Shown piece after piece: positions 14,201 to 27,026 of a DNA stretch of 64,000 bases. Below the pieces are notes generated by a model. It was not told the DNA's origin. It did no database searches and saw only the letters and a program-made list of their open reading frames with translations. Source of the DNA: Chrysomallon squamiferum (lineage: Eukaryota; Animalia; Mollusca); NCBI GenBank assembly GCA_012295275.1, contig CM022671.1, positions 1,736,001 through 1,800,000 of the forward strand. The letters are read 5' to 3'. Positions within the stretch are counted from its first letter, which is position 1. Each line of letters opens with the position of its first letter. A program made the position numbers and the translations under genes.

Positions 14201-17200
14201 CAACTGCTCTGATTATAACATAAATAAATAACCGTTATCATCCTGTATGCAGACTGATCTAATTAACAGATAAACAGGGTAATATTAATCTCACCATTCT
14301 GTTAAATGATCGATCATCTCGGCTCTTCCGAGAGCCCCTGACCAGGGTTCCTGGGTTGAGTGACGGTTCATCAACAAACTCGTATGGGTCAAGAACCGGT
14401 GATGGTGTTCTAGCTTTCTGTTCGTGTCTTTGGGAATGAGATGAATGGCCTGACGTCTGCTCACTGCTGGACTGGCTGTCCAAAAGACGATCAAACCTAG
14501 CTTTCTTTACAGGAAGATTAATCCTAAAATAAAAAAAAATAATAACAGTCTCTTAAACAAATAGGTAAAACACTTTCTCATAAGATTACAGACCACAGAG
14601 GGACATTGAGTACCATAAAGGAAATATAAAGAAAATTATTTTTACTTTCTTATCAGCAAATCATTTCCAGCTCCTCTATTAAATTTAGACATACTATTAA
14701 ATTGTTTCAACATTATTTCTGTCCAGTGTTGTAAGCAAATTAGTAGTAAATATAAATTTGTGAAAGCAGTGTATATGGCATGCAATCCTTTGCTTACTAA
14801 GAATGTGTGCAAGATATATCATTTGCTATATTAAAAAAATTATAGGACCAATATTATTGTTAAACTGTATTTAGTAACGGAAAAGAAATAAAATGTTACT
14901 ACTAAGACAAAATCATGCAGAGAAATCTCTCTATAGTTTATCATTTTATAAAATGATAAAAAGAAAAGTACTTACCAGTCTTGTAAAGGACTGAAATTAT
15001 AGAGGGAATCCGCGACTAGATTTTCTTGTTGGTCGGTTTCTTGAGATGGCAAACATGGCCTCTTTGGTCCAACATGACTTTCAACAACATGCCGATTCTG
15101 TGACTGTAACCAGTTGTTTACACTTTCATTTTTAGAATCTAAACTATTCCAGTGGTAAGGAGATGCCTCAGTTTTGGATAAACCTTCCTCAGTCTTATTA
15201 TAGAACTCCTGAAACCCGGAGCATGTATCACCTTGCGAATCTTGTGCAACATTAGACTTGTTGTTGAACTCCTTGTCACCACTCACTTTAGTTGGTGGGT
15301 GGGGACTTAGCGTGGGCATGGGTGGGTCAACACACTGGTTGCCCAACGGCTGAGGTTCGTCCAAGGGAGATGGGGCAGACGGTGTGTCAACGTTTGTTTC
15401 GTTTGGTGCGCTATGACCTTGGGCTTGCACTGTGGTACTGCCGGTGGGACAGAAGGCTGGATTTGGTGGCATACGACTCATAATGTCATCCATGTCAAAC
15501 TGCATCAAGTCGTCAGTCACTGGAGAACGCCGATGAAAAGGTGTGGAACTGCGACCGTGACGTGACTGCTGTCGTTCAAGTTTTTCCTGTTTGTCACACT
15601 TGTGTTTTCCAGCCACAAAGTTTTTGCTTTGACCAGCACTATTGTTTTTTAATTTTCGCTGCCGCACACAGTTACAGTTTACTTTGGAGGTGGGTTCTGC
15701 AAAATGCCACTGGCTTGCAGCATACTCTTCACTCATATCACTGGTTCTGTGAAACAAATACATTAAACAAATTAAAAATTATGTACAAGATAACAGGTCT
15801 TTAGGAAATTACATTATTTATACAAAGTTTTTATATTGTATATATTTATATATTGTATTTCAAACTGAATGCAACTAAATGCAACTAAATGCAACATCAT
15901 TAAAGAGTACTATATTAGAATAACTGCATTTTTGAAAAACATTTCCAGTAAGGATTACATCCTATAATTTAAAAACAAATTTATTGTAATGATATGTCAA
16001 TACTGATTGGTTAGAAAAAACACTTTTTATCTGGAGTGTTCTCCATTCCAATTTTCTTTTTCATTTATAAATAAAATAACATACCTTTTGGCTGTAGCTG
16101 TTGTAATGCATGAATCCTGTGACACTTTTTCTGTTATGGCGTGACTGAAAGCCTCACTGGCGTTAGGAAGGTTTGCACACGTCATGTCAGACATCCCATG
16201 ATGCACTGTGGGCACAGGCACAGCCTTCACAGCACTGTCACTTACAAGAGCTGGGTCTACCGGGGAACACGGCGGGCTCATTGGCCCATTCGACATCATC
16301 GAGTGATTCCCTTGAGACCTGATTCCTGAGATTCCCCCTCCGACTGACATCGGCTGTAACCTGACAGGTGAGTCGTCGTTATCACAAATAAGAACATAGG
16401 ACGATGGGTACCTCATTCTTACACCAGCTGAAACAAAACAACGTCATTAGCCGACTGCTCTTTTCACCTGTTAGTTCTTTCTTCACCAGATTACAAGTGA
16501 ATAAAATTATCTTATTAACAGATCAATAAAATTATATCTGGAACTGTCTGTGGTTTTTTTTAATTTGTTATGAATTAATGCATTCTCAATATGTGTTTTA
16601 AGTATGGAATTTATGGATCTCTTTTTTAGATGCATAAATGAAAAACTGCTGTAACCAAAAAATCTGAATATAATCTTTTTTATAGTAAGCAAACAAGTTA
16701 GTTAATATTCATAATTATACTGCAGTTATTATAAAGTTTTTGTTATCCATTTATCTTACTGCTATAATGAATTAATTATTTACAAGAGATAACAAACAAT
16801 AAACTTAATTGTTTAAAACTGATGAACAAGTTTGTTTTTATTTTACTTTGTGATGCCACAACAATATTTTACTATAATTTTAAAAACTAATAAATAAAAA
16901 TTAATTTAAATAAAAATAAATTTAAGGAAACAGTCAGTGTTGAGTTAATATTTTTTGTTCTTACCAACAATAACCTCCACCAAATTTGGCAGCTTATTTG
17001 CATCCCCATCACTGCTGTCCAGAGGATAAAACTGACACCACTCTTCAAACAGCTTGTGACTCAACTGGTCTGTGTCGCGATATGTGTTTCCAGTCAAAGT
17101 ACCCATCAGACCGTAAGGTGCCAAAATAACTGAAATTAGGAACATGACATTTAGTTCAATATTTCAAGTTTTTAAGTGCAGCAAAAACAAGCTAGATGAA

Positions 17201-17570
17201 ACTATTATCATTTTCCATTTTGAAGTTGTTGTTTTTTTTTGTTTTTTAAATTCTTCTTCTTTATAAAGCAGATTTTATATATGATGCCAAAAAAAAATAT
17301 TAATAATAAAATAAAATTTTGAACCATAAAACTATGTCAACACAAAAATATTTTCTAAACAATGCCAGTATAGGAATTAGTTTCTATACCAGTTTTCTTT
17401 TTTATGGAGTAAGAACAGTATCAATATAAATCAATTTTAATTCTAAGATCTTAAAAGCAACCTTGTACTGACAATTAAAAACAATACCAATATGAAATAA
17501 TGTCTTACTGTCTGGTAATAAATCAAATCCCAATATTTTAAAAACATTATCTCCTAAACCATAAAAAAAC

Positions 17571-17608
<38 letters not shown>

Positions 17609-20600
17609 ACAACAAACACGAATTGTTATTTTCTATAGCTTACAGTATATAAACAATATTATGTGATAACCAAAATAATGCCACCAAATTTATTTATTTG
17701 CCAAGGTATTAAAACAATCCTGAGGTTGACTAAAATAAATTTATGATGGCATATCCATGACCTTGGCTTACAAGAGTTAAAACTAGCAAAATGCTGTTGG
17801 TATTAGTGGTAAATGAGTTAGGACTAAAGTAAATCAATACCAAATTAATGAGCTGTCATTCCTTTTACCATCAAGAGAAAATCTCTATGTATATTTCGAT
17901 TTATAACATACTGTGGTGCAAAATTTATCAGCTGTAAAAGCAAGCTGTTGCTATGCAGAAATACAACAAATCAGGTCACAAGCATCAACTTTCAATATGG
18001 CTCTCTGTATATTAGTTTTCTTCTTTGTTTTTATAAAGCTATTAGAAGCTGAGAATATTTATGAATAACTTGTTTGTTGCTCTTTTTTTTAACTGAATTA
18101 ATAGAAAACTACTTTAATTAATACTTTTAGATACCAGGTAACATACTTTTTAGCGTGTTTGTTTTGTTTCACAAACAATAAATAATTCCTGTTTAAAATA
18201 AAAACTGACCAAAAATAGCATGTATACATGGCTGGCTGATTTATTGGTAGATAGATCAGTAGCAGGTGACCAAACTTTTCACTAATTCTTGTTGAAAAAA
18301 AACTACAACATTGGGATTACAGAAAATCAATGCAGAAAAACTTCATAAATGTCTTACTAGTTAAATAAGCTTTGTTTTGTGACAAGTAATAAAATCAAAT
18401 CTGATAAACATATACGCATACATATTCATTAAGCACTAAACTGTAAATTAATACATACTCATTAATTCACTCACTTCTTCCAAGTATTAAGTGCTTATAT
18501 CACAAGCTTGACATGTCAAAAAAAAAATGCTATTCTGACGTTGTTTGTTCAGTGTTTACTGCAGTGAATACATGTGATAAAAGATGGTTCTTTAATTCAC
18601 ACAATAGCCAAGAATGATCATTGTGGACTATGAATTTAATAATATAGATTGAAAATCTTTCATTTTCATTTTCTCAGAAGTTTAAAAATGAATATGTTGT
18701 GCTTTAAGTACTAAGTAGGTAAATACTGTTGTAGTTGCTGTTGCTTTAGTTAAAATAATAATATTAATAAACAAATGAATTAATAAAGCCAAATCAAAAT
18801 TGTTAATATTTTTACATAAAATTTATTTCTATTCCAAGTAAAATCACTCCTTTTAACTTTATATCATTATTTCACTACATTATAACCTGGCTGTGACAAA
18901 AAATTATATTATTTCTGGTTCATTCACCTGAACAGATTTAAAATAATAAAATTAAAAAGTACATAGATTTAAAAAATTAAATTAGAAGTTACACTATAAC
19001 ACTCATATGAATGGCTCTTTATAATCTAACTGGTCCTGGTGGTGTTCCAGTTTAACAGCAGGCTGGTACAAAAAGGCCATGTATCAGTTACATGAACTTC
19101 TTACATAACTAGATGGATACAAAGCTTTATTTTAAGTGCGGTAGGGCTGAAGAGAATTAAGGCACAGAACATCTTCCTATTGAATGAACCAACTGGGAGA
19201 AAATGCCTGCTTTTCCATCCCATGCAGCTGACCTAGATGACCACTGACCATGACGTCTAGACCCTTTGGTCATTGTTCAGAAAGGTCCAATGACAAAAGG
19301 AAATCAACAAAGTGTCTCAGGGATGTTACAGACACCTGCCAAGAGACATGGCTACTGAATACATAAATCCAATGATCTGATAGATTTTTTGAAAGAGATC
19401 TAAACTGCCAGATCAACCATTTTGCCTTAATAGAATTATGAGTGTTAAAAGAAAAGCTGTTGCTAACTTCCTATGTTATTTAATCCTAGTGTGTTAGTTT
19501 GTTTTGTTTTTAATTTTAATTTCTGGTGTTGTTACTTCTTATTTTTTTTTGGTTTTTTCAAATAATGTTTTCACAATGTGTTGACACAGTCTTTAATCTT
19601 ATCTGGCAGTTATCACTCTTCTAAGGGTAAGTGTGTAATCACAAAGACCACTTGGTTAACAGAAGCTATTTAAAACTGTTGTAGCATTTGGGGTCACTGT
19701 GGCCTAGTATAAATTTGTCTTTACACAGCTTGCAGTGACTAGACTGAACAGTCTAAGAATAGATTTGTAAAGGGGTGGTGAAATTTAAACTAAAAACATT
19801 CGACTTATTTTAATAGTGTAACTAATTTTAGATGATATTAAAAAATAATAATAAACATTTACATACATTCTTCATATTAATCCAGGTTATAATTTTATTA
19901 CAGTTCAATATTTTTAGACAATTTTTGGACATTTAATGTCATACAGTGTGTAACTTTGACTACATTTGTTATTAACTTTATGAAATTTCATAACTTTTGC
20001 ATGAAATATAGAAATTAATGGGTTTTTTCTTTCTTCTTTTTGAAACATATTGGGTACTTTTAATTTTTAGTATTTTATATTTACATTTTTTAAAAATTAT
20101 ACATATCTGTATTTACATATCTATATATGTATATATGTATGTATTATATTGTATAGGACAAACTGAAAATGTCTAGATAAAATAAAAAGGAGAAAGGACA
20201 ATAAATCTTAAAAATTCATAGCTGTTAACACAGTATGTCAAGGATTCAACTGGATTCAAGGCCAGACTGCAGCAGCCATTAATAACAGCAAAACCTCCAC
20301 ATTACAGAATAGAAGCAGTTGTAACACAACCTGCAACAAACCTATCCATTTATTTTACCAGGGCATTTTACATACAAACCTTACAACTTTACTTAGCATT
20401 TGACACCATGTTTGTGTTATAGTCATGTTATGTGCATGACATTACAAATTAATGGACAAGATTAATTATGTTTTTATTCACTTTACACCTCTAGCACATA
20501 AATAATGATGAACTAATGATCTATGTTGATTATTTTCTAACCAATTTATTAAAAAAATTTTATTAAGAATTAAAAAATTACTTTTAAAGAATGGAGTATT

Positions 20601-23458
20601 TTTAATTCATTTATTATTTTATTATTTTCAAATTTATTATTAGGCACAGATATGAAATAATATCAAAATTAATATTCTAACAATAATTAAACAGCAATTA
20701 CCGATACATTATCATGTAATAAAAGAAATTAATATTTCATACTTGAAAATGCTTCAGAAAATATTCCCTGTTTTATGTTAGCCAAATTAATTCACCAGCC
20801 CTTTTGATCTGATAATAATGCCAACTCCAACCCAGAACAAATTAGAGATGATATACTGCACACACTTCTTTCTATCTGGGTATCACATCTGCATTACTTA
20901 AAACATTATTATTTGACTGTATATATACTATTAAAGACATAAATGCTTCATCTGTTATTGGATTCAAGTATACTTCAAAATATCAGGTAACTGTTGATGT
21001 GCATTTAAGACAATTCCCATTCCTGAAGATACTAATCAATAAGTAAAGCCATTGCCAGGTATTCTGCTTTGCACAAGAAAAAACATCCAAGATTTTTACT
21101 AGTAAAAGGCTAGGAGTGGCAATGTCATGTTTCTTTTCTAACAAAGAGTATTGTGAATAAGCTAAGTATACACACTATTATCCTCAATTTATCAATGTTA
21201 ACACTCTTTTCAATTGACGATTATAATATAATCAATCAGCAAATCAAAGAAATACCACTATATAAAATAGCAAAAAGAGAATTAGTCTACTTGAATGATG
21301 ACAAGGTGAGAAAATATTGATCTAGTATTTTATAATCTGTGTGAAAGATTTTGAAAACAAAAAATAGGAAGTTATTACAACAAAAATGTTGTCTGACCAG
21401 TTTTCTCTGCTCACTGATATTTAATAAATGCCATGAAGTTGTAATTCTGTAGCAACAGTTCAGTGTAAAGCACTTTACGTTAATAAAACACTGAGTAAAG
21501 ATTTCTTATTTATTCATAATGCTGTTACATAGATACATCAGAAAACCACTCTGAGGGACAACAAACATTTGAAAATGAAACACAGAACATTATATACACT
21601 CGTTACATGTCAAAAGGAACTGAAGTGTTAAAGAAATAAATACAAAATAAAAAAGGTTCATCGTAAAATGCTAAATCCATCATTATCATATATCAGCAAT
21701 ATTGAGTATACTGGGTTTTACATGTACAAGGTTTTCAAGATTATTATTGCTTCTTTGTCCTTCAGGGACAGTATTTTATGTCTAACAAATTCTCATATTA
21801 TTAATAATTTCTATATAATTTAATATAAATACAACTTAATTTACAACTTTAAAAAAACACAACCCCTTTCACAACTGTTTTTATCAGTTTAACTGGTTTG
21901 ATCAATATAATATTGAAAAATCAAATACCAGTAATGAGCTGTCACTGAATTCAAATATGCCCATATGGGAATAATTTCTTCCCCTCTGCCTTGTAAATTG
22001 TATTATTAATAAATAATTTTTAAAAAAACAAAACAAATCCCAACAAACAAATATACAAGAATTACTATTTAATTAAAATAATTATGTCCAAACAAGTAAC
22101 GTACCATACTTAATAAAATTTTACATTTCCTATACGGAATAAAATTTACAAGTTCATTGAACTCATAGTTTAGAGATAATAAATGCAAATTAATATTAAG
22201 CTTGAAAAATAAAATTAACAAAACCTTAAACTGCATTAATATTCCAGTATTTCAATTCAAAATATTAATCTTCCTCATTTGAATTTAGTAACTACATTAC
22301 AAAGAGAGCTATAATTAAGTCAACATCAGATGAAAGATGAAACCTACAACCTAAGTATTTTGTTATTTTTCAATTAGTAGCAAAAAATGTGTTTTTATAT
22401 ACATTTTCTTCACAAAGTCTATGGTGAACTGGTTAAAGGACAAATCTGTCCAAAAGCTGCAAAAAAGAAGATTAACCCTATGTCCTTTGAAGCCCCAAGT
22501 GTATAATTTAGAGGTGATTTAATTCAGATAAGAAATACCTTTGAAAGATGCCTGATGATCTTGTACGAGGTTCAGATGCTGAGGTGTTAGTGTCCATACT
22601 GAGGGGTGTTGTTTTATCTCTATACTGGCACACACCTGACTCTCTCCATGCAGGAAAAAGTTGAAGCAAAATGAAAGATGAGCACTGAAAATAATAATAA
22701 TAATAATAATAACTAACAATAACAAAAACACCACCACTGCCACCAGTAATAGCAATGAAAATAATAATAATATGTAAGAAAATGTTGAAGCAAAAATATT
22801 AATAACAAAATATATTTATTTCAGTTATAATCATTATATCTGAATGTGCTGGCATGAAGTTAAATGTAAGGCAAAAAAAACAAAAACACAAAAACATTTT
22901 GTTAAACTAGCACCGTTTTGAATAAAATTATACTATATTGACAAATAAAAATAAAAAAGCATTTAGAAACAAAATAATGAAACATTAAAAACAAAAATAG
23001 AAAAAGAACTAAATAAATAAAGACATTTTGGCACAGTAGCCTTGTTAGACTAACTGAACACTGCTAGGTAACCGATTATCAGTGACATGTATTAGGTACA
23101 CGTGTTTCTGTTCAGCAAATTACTCACAAATGCAATCCAAGAGAACCACTTCATTTGTCAATATTAAAAAAGGTCATCATGCAGTACAAAGCAATTTTTT
23201 ATAAACATGTCTCCATGCTTCAAGGCTCACATATCATTTCTTTGAATATTTCTTTCCACAGTTACTTTTAATATTAACATTATTTATCAATTCTAGATTT
23301 ATTGGAGTTTTGGGGGGGGTTAAATTTATTTTTATTTATTTTGTTTTTTTGTTGTTGTTGCAAGAGCAGTTTTGGGTTGGTTTTCTTCTTTTTTGCATGT
23401 GTGTTAAATACAACTTTAAGAGCTGGACTCAAAGCCAACTGACATTTTCCTTGTACAC

Positions 23459-23493
<35 letters not shown>

Positions 23494-25257
23494 AAGAAAG
23501 AATTGTAAAATAATTTCAATTTTACTTTAAATTTTAAAAGACTTTTTTATTAAGTTTAATTTTTTCTCTTTTTTTTTCACAACATTTAATTACAAGAAAG
23601 TACAATGAAAACTTATTACATCCATTATTAGGTGAGCTAAATAATAATAATAATAAAAAATAAAGAATATTTAATTTATCTACAACTAATAATTCTTGAT
23701 TTCTTTTAAATCCATGCAAGAAAGGTAGCAAAGTTTATAAGAAAAACTGAACACAACAGATCATAATGTAACATAATAATTATAGACCTTATTGTGCATA
23801 AAAAAAATCAGTTTTATCAGTTAGTACCTAACTTAGGGAGCTTTTTGTTTGTTTATTTATTTATTTATTTTTTTTAATTGTGATTTTGGGAGGCAGGTGG
23901 GATCACAGTAACAGTCTTTAATAAATACAACTTTAAATTAACATTCATATATCAATTACATGAAACTGTTATGTACTGTAAGCTACTACTATTTCATTAA
24001 TATGTTTGTTTATTTAACACTACTTTGTATCTATTAGAGATGGTCTCCATATAGTACATAATACACTATAATAGTAATACAATAGCTACAAGTACTGTTA
24101 CAACTACCACATTAAGAACTTGACTACAAATAGCCACATGTATAAAAAGTTACCGTCTTTCTAACATTTCTAATCTAATAACACTGGTCTTTATGATATA
24201 AGAAGATTATGTTTTCTTCTTTTTTCTTGTCAGTTTTAAGAAAGGATCAAGTATGTCAAAAGATTTATTATCAGGGATCTTATGTAAGGTAAAACAAAGT
24301 AGTGAGTGATTCACAAATTAACACCATTTTAAGTGTGCTGATAAGAGCAGTAATCATCACAGATATTTGACTGGGCTACTCAATGAAAAGAGACCAAACA
24401 ACAACAAAAAAAAAAAAAAAAAAAAAAAAAAAAGAAAGTAAAATAATCAATGGAAAGTCTCAATTACTGGTGTTTATTGATTTTTATTAGGTTACAGCAG
24501 TGCTTTGACACTAGGATATCAAAGTGACAAAACACTGATAAAAATTTCCAACATTAAACACGAACAATATTTCCCAAGTAATGAAAAATATTGATGAAAT
24601 TATCCATGCATTTTTGAATTAGAAATACATGCTACGGTAATTATTTTATATGTCTAACGCACTCCATGAACCATCAAAACATTTTCTTTAGACTAGATTT
24701 TTTTTCACATTGTTAAATGCTGTGTAAAATTTTAGAGATGTTTTAATTAAAATAAATTTTATATATGAAATCTTGCAGAGTTCCTGTGAAATTATCTAGG
24801 TATAATAATCATCATGGAATTTTAATTTTTTTCTTTTTCTTTTTCCTAGACATAACTGTCAAGTGCTGTATAAAGTTAATTATTGGAATTTTAATTAATA
24901 AAAATTTAACATTCAAAATGTACTTAGTTTGTATGAAATTTTCTATGTATAGTTATATATATATATATATATATAAAAACCATACTTTGAAAATGTCTGA
25001 GATAATTAAGAATTTCTTGTAGCTGTGTTATAAGAATGTGGACATCTTGACATTTTGATTACAAAATATTTATAATCTTGAAAATACTTTTTCTTGACAG
25101 TATTCTCAGCTAATAACCTGTATAAATCTTTAAAAGATAATTACTCTATTATAAAACATCAATGATTTAATAATCTGTTTTAAAATAATAATTTTTTTGG
25201 AACTTTTTAAAATTTGTTACACTAAATTTTATATATTATTTTTTAAAATAAATTTAA

Positions 25258-25288
<31 letters not shown>

Positions 25289-26929
25289 GAAACAATCCAG
25301 AAAAGTATATTAGGTTTTAATTTTACTGAACATATTTATCTTTATTCTAATTTTGTTTGTTTGTTTTCTTTTCAATTTCCAAAAAATAATAATACATACA
25401 ATTAAAATCAGTTACACTCACAAATATAACCAAATTGCCAAACATATACAATAATAAATTTAAAAAAAAAAAAAAAGAAGCCAAAATAGTGTGTCTATCA
25501 CAAGGCAAAAGCCATGTACATTATTTAACAGCAAGGTAAAAAAATTTTAGTAATAGAATCAAAAACAATGTGTGTCAAGTTCTGCATCAAAATGACCTAG
25601 TCTCATCTCACCCAAAGATTTAATGATTTCTAACAAAATCTATGACCAAAGGCTTAGTTTCAAGGAGCAAAATAATAACAAGAAAACCAACAGGGGAAAA
25701 AAAAAAAAAAAAAATGTCTAACAACTGGAAATATCCTTAAATAAGCTGACTTCAATTTTAGTGTCTTTCAACTGCTCAAGGACATTCAGAACACGGAAGA
25801 TTTATGTAACTTTCCATGGCAGTGTTTATATGAGCTCCACTTGTTACATATGTGCACTGCAATGAGCTTCACCAGTGACCTATACTTGACAGGGTTTACA
25901 CAGGCTTTATCACTGACCTGTCAAAGACAATGTTTACAACAGCTCCACATACACAGCATTTTTATACAAGCTCTACCAGTGACCTATATACAATAAATGA
26001 CCTGGGGTGTATTGGGATATATAAAAAGCAAAATATACTTGAGATCCATTCCTGAACTATACCAAAGAAAATTAATATACTGTTTCTACTAGTGCCCTAA
26101 ACTGGGTTATGTTTAAACGAGCTCCAACAGTGACCTATACACAAGACAATATTTACAAGCATTCAAGCACATTTTTAGATGAAACTGTACAACTCTCCTG
26201 ACGTATACATGGTTACACCTAAACATACTGAGTATGGAATTTGATTGAACAACGATCCCCAAGCATTCAGCAGACTATTCTGCCTTCCAGTCAGCATCAG
26301 GCCAACACATGTACATATATATATAAGAATAATAACAATGTCAGCTGCATCACAGGGCAGGAACTATTTGAGAAAGCTGACGGATGTGGGGTAAATTTAG
26401 TCTGGCAAGGAATCCTGCAAAAGTGATTTTAAGTTTTCATTAACTTGTTTTTCACCTGGCTTATGATGCTGTGAAAAGAGGCAGATGGAGATTATCATAG
26501 GTAATTTGCAAAATTCTTCTTGTTTTTAAAATTACAAAGCAGACCCGAAATTTTCCTTTACAACTTCTTTAATTTAAAAAATGAAAAAATGTTTGTATTT
26601 TAATGGAATGGTGATCCTATTGTATAATTTTATATTTTTGTTGTAAAAGTAATATTTATTATTACACATTATAAAACTTCACTAAAAACAAGAAAAAAAA
26701 AAAAAAAAAAAAAATGTTATAATGTTAGAATTTATTTATCTTTTCATTTTAGGTTGGTACACATAAAAAGGAAACAAAAAAACAAAACAAATTAATGTCT
26801 GCTGTTTGTTATTTTACTTGCCAATGGAAATTAGAATTTCCACAAACATGAAACAACATCTACATTTTTAATATCCAGACTTTTTTGCAGACATTAATAA
26901 TTAGCAAAGATTGCTGTAATTGGTGACTA

Positions 26930-26961
<32 letters not shown>

Positions 26962-26969
26962 TTTATTTA

Positions 26970-27026
<57 letters not shown>

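Noticed and set aside
24271-24360. Minus-strand GTGATGA...CTGA spaced like a box C/D snoRNA in MED13 intron 4
   Set aside because: No good terminal stem and no rRNA/snRNA complementarity that I recognise; such boxes occur by chance
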